Source: Chrysomallon squamiferum (taxonomy: Eukaryota > Animalia > Mollusca). From it: DNA of 64,000 bases. The notes under the pieces were generated by a model, which was given only the letters and a program-made list of their open reading frames with translations, had not been told where the DNA came from and made no database searches. Where the stretch lies: assembly GCA_012295275.1 (NCBI GenBank), contig CM022677.1, positions 3,472,001 to 3,536,000 on the forward strand, written 5' to 3'. This document shows positions 13,783 to 28,734 of this stretch, in pieces. Both the position numbers and the translations under genes were made by a program. Numbering within the stretch: position 1 is the stretch's first letter; every line of letters begins with the position of its first letter.

Positions 13783-16197
13783 ATATCACTGTTGTTGTTA
13801 TTGTTCTGCTATTGATATCAAGAGGACTTTGACAAATTTGGTGTCTGCTTTATTGTTATACCTGATATAAATATACGATATTAATAAAATATGAGATTAA
13901 CATTTCTCAACATACTTAACTACAAACTCTAAATATCACTGCTCATAATTAATTCTCATCTTTTTATTTTTATAAGTAATTAAACCGCTTATTTTCATAA
14001 CGCCATGTAGAATTATCATTTATAACTGTCAGTAATGTCTACTATATTAACTGTGCTTATCAATATTTCTGAAGCGGTATCTGAAGTTAGTTCACAATGT
14101 TCTGCTGACTGTTTTTCAGTGAAACATGTTTCTGGTGGTTATATAAGGTCACACTAGATGCGCCTTCTTTATTTCTCGATATATTTTTGAGTCACATACA
14201 AAGCTACTGTTATTTATAAAAAGATTATAACCCAGAAGTTCAATCTATATTTCTGAATGTTCACAGTGAAGTCATTTGTAATTTTCAATATAATTTGTCA
14301 TATAACTAACTGAATATCATCTCATTCAAGAAGGATAGTTGAGAAATTCAGAAACAAAGAGGCCTTCCAGATTACAATTCTGTGTTATTAACAAAATCAG
14401 GATTAATTTTTAGTTGCACATGAGATTGTATTGATAATTAAATATTGATTTTCTTTTTCTAGACAGGTGTGTATTGAAGTTACATTGTTAGACATTAGCA
14501 AATAATTAATTATATATTCATATTATTATTTCTAGTTGAGAAGTGCACTGAATATTCAGGAATAAAATATCGCAACCAGATAAAAAGGATATTTCACTAG
14601 CAAGTGTGATATTAATGTGATATTTCTCAACGTAATGTATGTTGTGTTTACTACATCATGGCAGCAAATGTAACGTAGCATTTTTGTTGAGAAAATACAC
14701 TATTTACATTGATAATTTTACACTGCTTAATTTTTGCACTGTTTAAATAGTGTTAAATGTTATAAGCTTGATCCACAGATTATATTGTGTGGTATCCTGA
14801 AGACAACAGTGTGATTTCTTTAATAGTCTTGCCATTCTGCTGGAGGTACATCATGCGATCCAGCAAAAATGGCAGTACTTTTTATTATTATAATTTTTTT
14901 AAAGACATCTAAAATCGAAAAAACTCTCTCATTTGAAGTCTGTCAAATTTGCTTAATAAAAGTTAATATCATCAAATTTAAATCGATGTTTTATTTACTA
15001 TCAGAAATAATTTGATTAATCTGAAATTCATCAACATTTTGAGGTTTATTAAAATACTTTTATTAGGATATATTTGTTTATTTAGAATTAGAAAATGTTT
15101 TATTACCATCGATTTATATACGTTTCATCGAAAATTAAATATACACTTTTTTAAAATTATAGCACAAAACATATATATAATTAAAGATGTAGTGCAGATA
15201 CTTAAGTTTTTTCTAAACTGAGAAAAAAGGTTGCTAATCTGGAAGGAGATTCACAGTTATTCAAGATATCGGACTTCTCTTAAAATATACACGGTTGATG
15301 TCACCGCTACTCTCTAACTATGAATGTTCTGTGTAACACAGTTTAGCTAAAATCCCGCGTAAACTACGACACAAATAGTGCTCACGTTTTTAAAATGTAT
15401 TTTTATAACTCAGTGGTAAAATTAACAGTGTAAATAGCGTTATCCTTAAGTAAAATTGACACCTTATTTTTACTTGTTTATAATTATGTAATATTTGTAT
15501 AATTTATTCGTGAACATATCGGTGTCCTTAATTAAAAATATCACCATGTTTCTTGCTTGTTTATAATTACGGGATGTTTTATGATTTATAGTGTGAACTG
15601 CGCTCGTTATACAAAATACACGTGATAGCTTTGTATTCATAATGGAATATCATTTAAGTTTTCTTCTATTTTCTTATAAATAATAATAATAATAATAATA
15701 AAAATTAAAATAAACTGAAAGTACGCTCTAGATTTCCCAAAATACAGGTATTCTCTATGTTCTTACTTGAAATTATCATTTTAATCTGTAGTGTAATATA
15801 ATTTATGACATTAATATTGCACCTGATAACGTTTTGTGCTTTTAGCAGAAGGGGAGTATATAGAGAAATGTACAGATTAATAATCTTTTCTAAAACTGTA
15901 AGATATTATAAAGAAAAAGTTGATTGGGCGCGAGATTAGATTAATACATTTTTTATTAATTGTAAACAAACTATGACACGGTCATATCAACATTTTTTAT
16001 TCTATATCTATCTATCTATCTATCCACATACATATCTATCTTCCTATTTATAATCTCTGTAATCCGTTTAACAAAAATGCATCAAATCATTTATCCCCAG
16101 ACAAATGGGACAAAAGAAAATATGTCAGAAAATACTAATATTATTTTATCCTAATACAAACTGGAAAAGAGAAAAAATACTATTCTCTCAGAATGCA

Positions 16198-16940
16198 CCT
16201 GATAGAACTGTAACTGAAAACAGTTTTCTATCATCAGATAAACTACACAATCACTTTCACCAAGATCTACTTCAGTGTACACGGGGTGAGCTAATCTGTA
16301 AGTGTGACGTTTCCATGACTCCTCTGTGTTCTGCACAGTTAGCTCATCCTCTTCTCCACTTCTTGTCTGAGAAAAACATTTCAATATTTAATATTACTGT
16401 AATCAGGTATAGATTTGTATTGTTGTATTTAGCTGATATATTTTTCATGCTGGGGTGTCCTTAAACATTCATTCCTTTATTCATATAGTTTGATAAAAAA
16501 AAGTTATTTAAAGATGAGCTTTCATTCCTGTCCATTTTAAAAAAAGAAATGACAAAATTTTGTAAGCAGATGATACCAATATATATAATTACAAATGAAA
16601 GGACTTCTTTGTAAATTTTAAAATTTGTTTATAAATTACCATTAATTGTTTTTACTTTTTTTTTTTATGTTTTCCTTCCATCAAAGCAAAAATCAACAGA
16701 CACACCTAAGTATCATAATTATACATATACACTTTATGAACAGGGAAAGACAGTGAAAGAAACAAAGAATGGGAAAGAGAGAATCAGAGATGCAAGGAGA
16801 AAATTAGAGATAGTGAGAGAGAAACAAAAAGACTGACATCATCACTATACCTGACTTTTGCCTCCAGTTCTGTACTTTTAACATCATCAACTTTTATGTT
16901 AATTCTTGACACTATGAATGGTTGTCCAAATATCTTAGCG
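16198..16940 (-). pseudogene. Two orphan degenerate exons
   Basis: Blocks at about 16850-16940 (AKIFGQPFIVSRINIKVDDVKSTELEAKVR, GT donor) and about 16198-16366 (AG acceptor, GT donor). The spliced frame contains stops. Family unknown. Confidence 0.35.
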
Positions 16941-17164
16941 TAGATAACAAGAAACACATTTTTTTAATTGTTCATAATAATCATTGTTAGTGTTAAAGAA
17001 CAATGTTACAGTTGGGAGAAATATTTACAGAAAAAATTACCAAAACAGATATTTACAGATTATATGATTATATACATATCCATAGATAGACACATAGGTA
17101 GATTATATAGATAGACAGATAGACTAAGTTACATAAAGTCAGAGACTTACAGACAGACAGAAAG

Positions 17165-18907
17165 CTAGAAAGCTAGACAAATATAAAACAAAAGAATACA
17201 GAGGTACATAGATACATTTATTTAGAAAGCTAGACAAATATAAAACAAAAGAATACAGAGGTACATAGATACATTTATTCAGAAAGACAGACAAATATAA
17301 AACAAAAGAATACAGAGGTACATAGATACATTTATTCAGAAAAAGCTAGACAAATATAAAAAAAAAAAAATACAGAGGTACATAGATACATTTATTCAGA
17401 AAGACAGACAAATATAAAACAAAAGAATACAGAGGTACATAGATACATTTATTTAGAAAGACAAATATAAAACAAAAGAATACAGAGGTACATAGATACA
17501 TTTATTCAGAAAGACAGACAAATATAAAACAAAAGAATACAGAGGTACATAGATACATTTATTCAGAAAGACAAAAATATAAAACAAAAGAATACAGAGG
17601 TACATAGATACATTTATTTAGAAAGACAAATATAAAACAAAAGAATACAGAGGTACATAGATACATTTATTCAGAAAGCTAGACAAATATAAAACAAAAG
17701 AAGACAGAGGTACATAGATACATTTATTCAGAAAGCTAGACAAATATAAAACAAAAGAAGACAGAGGTACATAGATACATTTATTACAAAGACAGACAAA
17801 TATAAAACAAAAGAAGACAGAGGTACATAGATACATTTATTAGAAAGACAGACAAATATAAAACAAAAGAATACAGAGGTACATAGATACATTTATTCAG
17901 AAAGCTAGACAAATATAAAACAAAAGAATACAGAGGTACATAGATACATTTATTCAGAAAACAAAAATATAAAACAAAAGAATACAGAGGTACATAGATA
18001 CATTTATTTAGAAAGTACAAATATAAAATAAATTTATTTAGAAATTTAAAAAAGACAAATATAAAACAAAAAGAATACAGAGGTACATAGATACATTTAT
18101 TCAGAAAAATATAAAACAAAAAAGACAGACTAGACAAATAGGTACATAATATTTATTAAAAGACAAAAATATAAAACAAAAGAATACAGAGGTACATAGA
18201 TACATTTATTAGAAAGACAAACAAATATAAAACAAAAGAATACAGAGGTACATAGATACATTTATTTAGAAAGACAGACAAATATAAAACAAAAGAATAC
18301 AGAGGTACATAGATACATTTATTTAGAAAGCTAGACAAATATAAAACAAAAAAATACAGAGGTACATAGATACATTTATTCAGAAAGACAAAGAACATAG
18401 ATACATTTATTCAGAAAGCTAGACAAATATAAAACAAAAGAATACAGAGGTACATAGATACATTTATTTAGAAAGCTAGACAAATATAAAACAAAAGAAT
18501 ACAGAGGTACATAGATACATTTATTCAGAAAGCTAGACAAATATAAAACAAAAGAATACAGAGGTACATAGATACATTTATTCAGAAAGACAAACAAATA
18601 TAAAACAAAAGTAATACAGAGGTACATAGATACATTTATTCAGAAAGACAAACAAATATAAAACAAAATAATACAGAGGTACATAGATACATTTATTCAG
18701 AAAGACAAACAAATATAAAAACAAAATAATACAGACAAAAGACAAACAAATATAAAACAAAAGAATACAGAGGTACATAGATACATTTATTCAGAAAGAC
18801 ACACAAATATAAAACAAAAGAATACAGAGGTACATAGATACATTTATTCAGAAAGACACACAAATATAAAACAAAAGAATACAGAGGTACATAGATACAT
18901 TTATTTA
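17165..18907. repeat. 57-bp minisatellite, about 30 copies
   Basis: AGACAAATATAAAACAAAAGAATACAGAGGTACATAGATACATTTATTCAGAAAGCT in tandem. It explains the repetitive NKCIYVPLYSFVLY ORFs. Confidence 0.97.
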
Positions 18908-19020
18908 GGAAGTAACATTATTTAGAGACTGGTAGACACTGGGTAGATAGGTAGGTTGGTAATGTATACCATCAGACACTGAGACAGACAGAGATATTTA
19001 GTTACTATAACAAGGCAGAT

Positions 19021-19076
<56 letters not shown>

Positions 19077-21698
19077 CACATGCATGCAGAAAGAGTGAGA
19101 GAAGCTGACAGACTGGGAGTAGAAGGTAAATCAAATGACATTTATATATAATTAATGAAACACTAATTGGGAGTAGAAGGTAAATCAAATTTCATTTATA
19201 TATAATTAATCAAACACTAATTGGGAAATATTTAAGCAATATTTATTGTTATATATTGTGTCTAAAATGAACATAATTTTTCTAATATATCTTTTTGTTT
19301 GCTTTATTCATGGCTAAAGAAAAAGATAATATAAAAAAATTCACAAAACAAACAAACTTTGTTTAACTGTAACTATTTCTTCAGATATTTAGACATTTTG
19401 AAAGACTACATAAACAATTGTAATATCCAATTTCTGTCACTGAAAAACTACTACAAAAAGTGAAAGAAAAACTCTCATGAAAAAAGATATTAAAGTCAGA
19501 AAAACAAATAGAATATTGTCCACTGCAGAAAATAAAATAAAAAAGATAAATAAAATAATAAACAAATATATATACATTTATAAAACATTTGTCACGAAGA
19601 ACTGTAAACTTGACAACGATGTAAAGAGTCAACTGCTGTAGCTGCTGATGATGTCAGGACGATGGTGATGTGTGTTGTGAGATCTACATCTTCCTAATTC
19701 ACTTTCTTTGATGTTGCTGTGGTTTCCCAGTCTTCCAGAGAGAATTATTAATAACAACAGATAAATGTTTGCTTGATGTCAGTGAAACTTTTAGCCCCAG
19801 ATTTATATCTGTAAGAAAAATAAAATAATATTAATTAATTTATTACATGATAATTAATAAATAAAACAATAACTTATTAGTATTAAATAATTTCTTATCA
19901 CAGAAACATTCTTAAAAAAGTTTTTCGGTGAAATATTTTAATCTTAATTTCAGTGAGATAATTAATAAATTATCAAAAAAAAGAAGAAAAAAAGAAGTAA
20001 ACATAAAATAAAAGAAACTGAAACTAAAGTATAAGAAATTATATATTGATAAATTTGTTTATTGTCGCTGTTGAGTCACTCCACTACAGTATATTGATTA
20101 ACATTTTGTTATAGACTATACCCTATGTTTTATTGACATGCAAAAATATTTAAATCTTGTTAAAAAAAACACCTACATTTCACTTGGTCAGTATAGAAAT
20201 TTACTAAAATTATTTTCAATTTATATTAAAAAAAATAAAAAATTAATAAATAATAAATAACTAACTAGTAAAAACATTATTTGCAAAAACATTTATTTTA
20301 CATTATATTAATGCATTGCATGTTGAGGAATGTACAAATTTATAAAGATGAAGACAGATTTAAAATAATATAAAAATACACTTTCTTATCAAGACTCTGT
20401 ATTTGTTTTAATATCTAGTATGACAGATATAAAATAAATAAAATGTAAATTGATATAAAATGTGTAAAAATAACCAAAACTATGTACTTACTTATAAAAC
20501 CTATGAATCATTTTACTGGGTATTTCTTCAGGTCCTACACAACAAATTTTTATAATTCATCAGTTTCTGGTGTGAAAGAACACAAAGCCTTGTACTGACA
20601 TCCTCCATCACAGAACAGAATTACAAAGTGTTTAACATCAGACTCAGCCAGCTCCTAGATAAACAAACAAACAAGCAAATAAATAAATCAATAAATCAAT
20701 AAATAAATAAATAAATAAGTTGATCAATAAAAATATCTTTAAATACACCATAAATCAAAAAACATATAAATAATATTGTATTAACATGGCAATAATGTAT
20801 AAAAAGTAAATAAATAAATATAATTACATATAATATTCAAAAGTAACTAAAGTAAAGCTGATTTGTTGTGGAGTAATAACAACAGTATAAAATTAATATC
20901 ATTATTAATGAATAAAATTACACATCTAATCTATAGATATAACTCTCCCACTTCCCCTCTCAGGTATTTCTACAACTTTCTAAAATAAATAACAATTATC
21001 TATCAAGTAGACAGGATCAGAAAGATAATTCTCTTATAAAATCTTAAAAATTTAAGTTGTAATTTGAATAAACTAAAAATAAACAGTAATAACAAACAAT
21101 AATAAAATACTGTAGATTAAAAGGAGTGAGAATAATCCTAAAAAAATATTAATTCAATTAAAAAAATTAAGTATGTCTTTTTAAAACAAACAATAATAAG
21201 AAAATCAAATATAATGAAAGAAAAATTCCTACTGCTAAAGTTTAAAGATCAAAGAAAAACAGATTTCAGTTTTTCTGGTCCATTTAATTTAGCAATTGCT
21301 TAATTTGGTTTTGACAATAATAATAATAAGTAGGGATTTAAAAATAAGAAAATTAATAAACAAATGAGTAGGCTTTTTTAACCAAAACATAACCTAAAAA
21401 TAAATATTTAAAATACAATTGAACAGAGAGGATAATTTACAATATTACAGGCCTGTTTTAATAACTGATATTATAAATCTAGACGACAACAATAATGATG
21501 ATGAAGAAATTTAAAATGAAGACATTTTAACTTATTTTTTATTTTATCTATATAATCAGAACATATGAGATATGTAAAAGTAAACCTCACAGACTAAGTA
21601 AATTAGTGTAAAGTGCTGTCATACTCAGTCTGTTAGAATTTTTTGTGTGGAGTACCATGTGATTATTGAAAATAAATGAAAATAAAATAATGATAATA

Positions 21699-21733
<35 letters not shown>

Positions 21734-22834
21734 AAAGATAATAATGCTACAACAAAAAAAAAAAATCAAGAATGTGTTTAAGTTAAAAAAGTCTAATATA
21801 GATGATGAAAACAGATGTGGATGACTAAATGAAGAAATGATAAACATGCTTTAAACTAATGGATGATAAAATTGTCTAATTTTACTTATAAAAGTTGAGC
21901 TTAATGAATATATGTGATGCCATAATGGACCTACTGTAAAAGTAAACCTAAAAGACTGAGTAAATTGGTGTAAAATGCTGATGTACACAGTCTGTTAGAA
22001 CTTTTTGTATGAAATAATAATGTTACGATAGAAAATAAATGTAGAAGTAACTTTACTTGTTATTGTAGACTTTCCTTGTACTAATCTGCTTTTCTTACTC
22101 TGTATTGAGAATACAAAAACAGAAAAACTGAGAAGAATGTAAATTGATAGTTAAACAACTGAATTAATGTGTGTTTTTCATACAAGTTGTTTTTAGAAAC
22201 TTCTCTGTCTGTTCTGCTGTCTGTGTGTGTCCCATTCTGAAGTTTAGATAACAACACTTGTCTGTTTTGTGCTGTGTGTCTGAAAAAGTAAAAACAAACA
22301 ATTTATTTGTTTATTGTTTTTATTTAAACATTATTTACTGTTATATGTGCATATCAATACCATTTACTGATACAAATGAATGTTTGTAAACAAAAATATA
22401 TTTCATCTATTAGATTTCAATTGTGCATACATGCATATACAGTCTGAGTTAATGAATAATTAAAAATAAATATTTAAAAAAATAGTCTAAAGTGGTTTAC
22501 CAAAATATAAATGTAAATTCTGAATCAAAAAACAAATCAGTATCTTTGAAAAATATAATATTATAATCTGATTATTGATAAATATAAATGTTGCTAAAAT
22601 ATAACAAATATGAAATAAAGAAGAAATATTTTATTTGAGAACATACACAGCTTGTTTTTGCTAGTTCTTTCCATTTTAAAAGATAAACAACAAAACAGCT
22701 AATGAAAAAGAAAACCTGTTTCTGCAATATGAACTGACACCCTTTTTAAACAAGAAACTAAAAATTTGTTTTTAATATACGTATTTCCACAGAAAACAAA
22801 ACATATAACATAATGTTACTAATATCAGTCACAG

Positions 22835-22930
22835 ATCAGTGGCTAGATTGGTAAATAACTTTATTCGTCCTCCACGTAGGACTGACCCTAGAACCCAACA
22901 AACTCTAACCACTGAGCCAGTCTATCCATC
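22835..22930 (-). mobile_element. Degenerate tRNA-derived SINE head
   Basis: Minus strand GGATAGACTGGCTCAGTGGTTAGAG has an A-box-like TGGCTCAGTGG and a weak downstream B-box (GGGTCAGTCC). A related GATCA-GCTAGATTG-TAAATAAC segment occurs at about 8307-8335. Confidence 0.45.
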
Positions 22931-23370
22931 ACTACAAACTTAACAAAGTGAATACTTACGGAGAAGAGTTTGATTTGTTTAGTTCTTGTTTAGTTTTGTT
23001 GTGTTGCTAATGACTACTTGGTGTTTTGTGACATCTGACCTCCCGTTACCATAGCGATATGCTGAATTAAAATTAATATAAATAATAATAAACCCTGCAA
23101 TATAAGGTGTCTGTTAAAATAAATCTTTGTAAAAATTCCTTTAATATTAACTTTCTTTATTAGCAGCCTTAGAAATACCGACTATTATATAAGGATATTT
23201 TAAAGCCTCAAATCATCCATTTTAAATAATAAACAAATATTTACCCAGGTAAAAGCATATTCAGTATATACACTAAAACTGAATATTACAAATACCAATT
23301 TTTCATAAATTAATATAATAAAAGATGTAATACAATTTTGCACTTAGAACAAACATTTTTTTTTAAATAA

Positions 23371-23439
<69 letters not shown>

Positions 23440-24204
23440 ACATGCAGTGACACTGTGTGAAGGGCTGGCAGTTCCAGTCTGGTAACAGGAAAGTTAAACA
23501 TTTTAAAATACTGATGAAATATGAAGCTGCTTCTTTTGTTTTATAACAAAGAAATAAACATTTACAACAAAATAATCACATTTACATAAATATGTATGTG
23601 TGTAATGTGTGTGTAAGTGCATGTCCATGTGTTTGCATGATCATTTACTACAAACTGTTATCTACAAACTGCAACTTCATATATTAAATTAAACTTCATT
23701 AGCTGATTAGGTTTAGAAAAATGAGAAATATGTAAGAAAACAAACAAAAATTCACCTGCTCAGATTTGTTCTCTTTTGCAATGGCAGCAGTACAAACTTT
23801 ATTTAACCAGAAAACAACTGTGACCTCAGTGTCTGATGGAAGTTCACTGGATGTGTTAAAAGTTGTAATTCAACTGAAAGTTTTAAAATTACATGTTCAA
23901 TAGAGAGGTTTAGCACAGACGTAACTTTCACATACTGATTTTCTTGATATGGGACAAGCTTATATGTATGTGTTTATGTATAGCAATGAAACGTTATAAA
24001 GGGTGAGTCTGGTTTTTATGATTTTCTTTAATTATATTTGGCAATATAAACATTGAACATGTTCAAACCAAATGTACATATATTATATATCCAAATAAAT
24101 TTGTTTATAAGTTCTAGAGCTGCAGTTACTTCCCTTCTTTAACTTATTACAATACAAGCTTTGTTCTTTACATGGAAACTAAACTGAAAGTGAGTTATGG
24201 CCAT

Positions 24205-24390
24205 GTCTCATACTGTAAGTCTGTATGCAGTCAGTTACATGAACAGGTTACATCTATGCTAAACCTCACTAATATGCTGAATGTAAAGACTGAGGTCTCA
24301 TACTGTAAGTCTGTATGCAGTCAGATACATGAACAGATTACATCTATGCTAAACCTCACTAATATGCTGAATGTAAAGACTGAGGTCTCA
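24205..24390. repeat. 90-bp tandem duplication
   Basis: GTCTCATACTGTAAGTCTGTATGCAGTCAG...GACTGAG occurs twice; explains ORF 24172-24471. Confidence 0.9.
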
Positions 24391-24476
24391 TTACGTCATA
24401 TAATAAATTATACAAAATATGCACCCCTACATATCATTCTCCTTTTACCTCTCCCTGTGTCTCTTCATTAATTCAT

Positions 24477-24557
<81 letters not shown>

Positions 24558-25316
24558 CATTCGTACACTTATTTGTTTAAATGCTATCGTCATAATTCTT
24601 CTCGTTCTTTTCAGCAATCACTGAATATTCAAAGTTGAAGATAAAAGCCTTTAAATACAGCTTGTCATTAACCTCTGAACTGAAACACAATTTATCATAC
24701 AGTGATACTTTCCAAAACACTAACTGAACAAAATAAATAAACTTTAACACAGCCAGTAATCTCATTTTAGTAAAAAGAGGTTTTTTTTTTTTATCTAACT
24801 TTAGTATTTAATAAACAAAAATACAAATACAAATATAAAATAAATAAATAAATAAAAACTACAGCTTACCTGATGGCTTGGACAGCAGGTTCTGCTGAAA
24901 CAACTTCATGGGTGTATGCCAACATCAGCACATCAATTAGAGCAATATGTTCATTCTGAAAAAGTAACAATAAAAAAATAACAATAAAGATAATAAATAA
25001 ATAGTTGTAAATAAATAAATAACTAGTACTTCTGTTATAATTACTGAGTAATGCACAGTCTTTGTAATGATAATAACAAAAATAATTAATATCAGCAAAT
25101 AAGTGATTATCATTACACTGTTTGATAATTAATAAACAATTGTCACAAAACTTATTTTACTCTCTAAGACAAAAAAAATAAAATAAAAAACTCATGATGT
25201 AAACTCACTTTCTAGACAGCACCTGACTAAAACTGCAGTGACCTACGTAAAATATTGTCTGAAAAAGAAGATTACCCTGCAACACAGTAAGAGATCATCA
25301 TCATAATCATAATAGC

Positions 25317-25355
<39 letters not shown>

Positions 25356-25902
25356 TAATAATAATAATAATAAAGATAATAATCATGATGATTGTAAAAA
25401 TTAACAACAATAGTAACCACAACAACAACAATAATAGTAGTAGCAGTAGTAGTAGTAATAGTAATAATAATAGTAAAAATAACAATAATAACACAACAAT
25501 AACTATAATAATAATTTACTTTATACATTTTCATCTATTATTGATTATAGTAAGTTTAATATGTTATATATTAATGAGAAAAAGAAGGGATTAATGTTTT
25601 ATTTAACAACATATATATAGCATTGTATTTTTGTATTAAACACATACTATGAAGGAATAAGGTAATATATTTTAATTTTATTCTATACATAACTAGCTGA
25701 ACTGAACTGTAGAAATAAGCCTTCATGACAGGAAACATAAGTCTCTTCACAGATCATTTTCTGATCATTTAGTGTTCTGTTTTTGATGAAATAATTCTAA
25801 GGTTTATAAAAAGTAAGATGCTAGAGATAATTAAAACAAAAGAAAAATGGATATAGTAACTTTAATAATTAGAACATAAATCTTGAAAGAATAAGAAATG
25901 AA

Positions 25903-26183
25903 CCTGGTGTTCTACAGATGGAGACATTTGATGATTATTTGGTTTCTACCAGGGTAGATGATGATGCAAGATTTCCTCAAATTTTGTGCAACCATCAACT
26001 GACCACTGGTCCTAGAACTATGAATAATGTGCAGGGTTTTCATTCCAAAATGAACCGGTCAATTCATCATCTAAACATCATCTAATCATAAACACATTTA
26101 TAAAATTGATAAAATGAACAGAAACATCAGAACGTGCTAAACTGAGACAGGTAAACTTTGGATCTGCCCCACCACGAAGAAAG
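25903..26183 (+). mobile_element. MULE/Mutator transposase C-terminal fragment, degenerate
   Basis: FDDYLVSTRVDDDARFPQILCNHQLTTGPRTMNNVQGFHSKMNR..FIKLIK*TETSERAKLRQ..PPRRK resembles the F.DY..TW...RFP..WN...PRTNN.VEGWH.KLN region around the MULE catalytic Glu. Confidence 0.7.
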
Positions 26184-27044
26184 TAAATTTCTTTCATATA
26201 TGTGTGAGTTAATCTAAACTTATGAATACAGTGAGAATTTGAGAAATAAATAGATGGATGATAAAAGAACAAAATGAGATAGATAAAATAGAAACATACA
26301 TATGTGTATGTGTATATATATATTTATTTATATATGTACTGTGACAATGAACTAGTAAAATGTGATGCTATACTGACAAGAAGTGTTTTATTTTGAATTA
26401 TTAGAAACATAATAAATATTTTAACATTACTCCATGGTATTAGTGGCTCAAGTTTTGTTATTTGACTGAAATAGTAAATGTTATCAAAGCTTGTCATAAA
26501 CCAAAGTTAGGATGATTTTTTGCAATAGAAAAACTAAAACAATGGTTAAACAAATGATCATTACAAGCATTAACTTTTAAATTTAAAAAAAAGAAAAGAA
26601 AATCTGCAACTTAAACCTGTAGTTTTTACAAAGAGTATATGAATCATAGTACACAGCAATAACAAGACTAATACACTTCTAAACTGTAAACCTTTACTGC
26701 TGTAATTTATTATTAATTTTCATTTGTAGGCAAAAATAATAAAAAGATTTTTTTTTTAAATTAAAAAAGAATAAAGAAAAACAAACACAGTATAAAATGT
26801 AACTTAAAAGACTGTAAAATACAATAACTGTGTTCACTTTAACTATGAACGAATTCTTTATCTCAATATTGTCAGTTTAGCACTTTATCATTTTGTAAAA
26901 CACATAAGATTTTTTATTTTTTTATTTATTGTGATCATAATTACACAAAAAGCAACACTATAGCAAAAGTTCAGTCAAATCATAGAACTTAACTAACTAA
27001 TACACGAAACATTTACAACCACATTCTGGTTATTAAATCTGGTT

Positions 27045-27256
27045 AAACTGTAAGAAACATAAACAAACACAAAGGAAGGAAAACAACTGAAAATTTATAA
27101 CAATAAATAAATCAGTGTAACTGTAAGAAACATAAACAAACACAAAGGAAGGGCAACAGTTGAAAATTTATAACAATAAATAAATCAGTTTAACTGTAAG
27201 AAACATAAACAAACACAAAGGAAGGAAAACAACTGAAAAGTTATAACAATAAATGT
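27045..27256. repeat. About 72-bp tandem repeat x3
   Basis: AACTGTAAGAAACATAAACAAACACAAAGGAAGG... three copies. Confidence 0.9.
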
Positions 27257-27389
27257 AACTGGTTCATTACTGGTTTCTGTTGACAGACAAATGTTTATCT
27301 CAATAAAAGAACAGAGCAGAAATGTGTTTTAAATTATTTATGACTTATAAAGGAAATAAAAATACTGAAGTAACTTTTAACTAAATGTA

Positions 27390-27433
<44 letters not shown>

Positions 27434-27959
27434 TGTTTGTGTGCATGTGTGTGTGTACATGTGTGTGTGAGCGAGAAAAAAACATCAATACATCTTACTT
27501 CAGATTTGGTCTTCTTCACTTTTTGCCATAATGAGAAATTATTTCTAAAATCATCAGAGCTATTGTCTTGTGGTGTAACACAAACATTGTCCTTGTAACT
27601 TATCTCTTCAGTTCTTGCTTTAGCAATTTGTCATCTTCAGTTGTCAGCTTCATCTTCTCAATGATGCTGTCAAAGCTGTCAAAGCCTTGCCATGACAAAA
27701 CTGAGAACTGAGATATGAAACTGGACTGACTCAGTTTCTGTCACTCTAACTCACTCTCTGTTTCTCTCTACAGATTTTATTTTGTATTTACCTGCTGACA
27801 ATGTTAACAAGATTGTTAAGCAGTTCAAACTTATTTTTAAAAGAAAATCATCCCAGCTAAAATGTATCCTGCAACAGAAATTTTTGACTCTTTCACTGTT
27901 AACAGTTTTTTGTCAGTAACAGAAGTTTTTAACTCTTTCACTGTAAACAGTTTTTTGTC

Positions 27960-28294
27960 GATCACTGACAAAACTGAACAATTCTACAAGTAAATGAATG
28001 TACTGGTGTACTGAGATCACTGACAAAACTGAACAATTCTACAAGTAAATGAATAATGATGTACTGAGATCACTGACAATACTGAACAATTCTACAAGTA
28101 AATGAGTGTAATGGTGTACTGAGATCACTGACAAAACTGAACAATTCTACAAGTAAATGAGTGTACTGGTGTACTGAGATCACTGACAATACTGAACAAT
28201 TCTACAAGTAAATGAGTGTAATGATGTACTGAGATCTCTGACAATACTGAACAATTCTAGAAGTAAATGAGTGTACTGGTGTACTGAGATCACT
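27960..28294. repeat. About 55-bp minisatellite, about 6 copies
   Basis: GATCACTGACAAAACTGAACAATTCTACAAGTAAATGAGTGTACTGGTGTACTGA in tandem. Confidence 0.95.
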
Positions 28295-28734
28295 AAGCAG
28301 TGTCTAAAGATGCATGGAAAGTCAAAACTGATGTCACTAAAGACACTGAAGAGGTGGATTAGAGAATTTACTGGAAAGACATACTATGTGACCCATCACA
28401 TTAAAACATATCTTAAGTTGCATTTTGTTCATTGATTTGTATTTTGATATTTCATTCATTCCTGTGTTTCCCTGCTATGTGTAAAATAAATGTTCTGGTA
28501 GTTGATACAGTTAGAGAAAAATTCTGTCTCAGCCATCCAGCAAATAACAGTGTTCACAAAAGTGTTCTAACACACCTAGGATCAAAATCTAAAATGTTGT
28601 GTCACTAGTCAGACACTTAAATACTTTTACTGTGTAATTAAAACTGGTTTCCTATGTCAGGTCGCACATGTCAGTTTAAGATTACAAGAATCAAACTGTG
28701 AACAGGTTAAGAGAAAAAAAAAAAAACGCTTCAA

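Larger units (their letters stand above)
19699..24955 (-). pseudogene. CAMSAP: CAMSAP/Patronin pseudogene: N-terminal CH-region exons plus C-terminal CKK exons, middle missing
   Basis: Exon 24870-24955 NEHIALIDVLMLAYTHEVVSAEPAVQAI (CAMSAP1-like AHMAMVDALMMAYTVEMISIEKVV). Exon 23756-23873 *ITTFNTSSELPSDTEVTVVFWLNKV (cf. STFSASKELPYDLEDAMVFWINKV). Exon 20492-20654 ELAESDVKHFVILFCDGGCQYKALCSFTPETDEL*..GPEEIPSKMIHRFY and exon 19699-19808 KYKSGAKSFTDI/SKHLSVVINNSLWK match the CKK domain. Stops and frameshifts are present. Confidence 0.88.

Noticed and set aside
17618-18778. Repetitive-protein ORFs (NKCIYVPLYSFVLY)n
   Set aside because: They are translations of a 57-bp minisatellite whose frame is broken repeatedly by indels, with no splice or start context.
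22835-22930. tRNA gene
   Set aside because: An A-box is present but there is no cloverleaf or good B-box; a decayed SINE head fits better.
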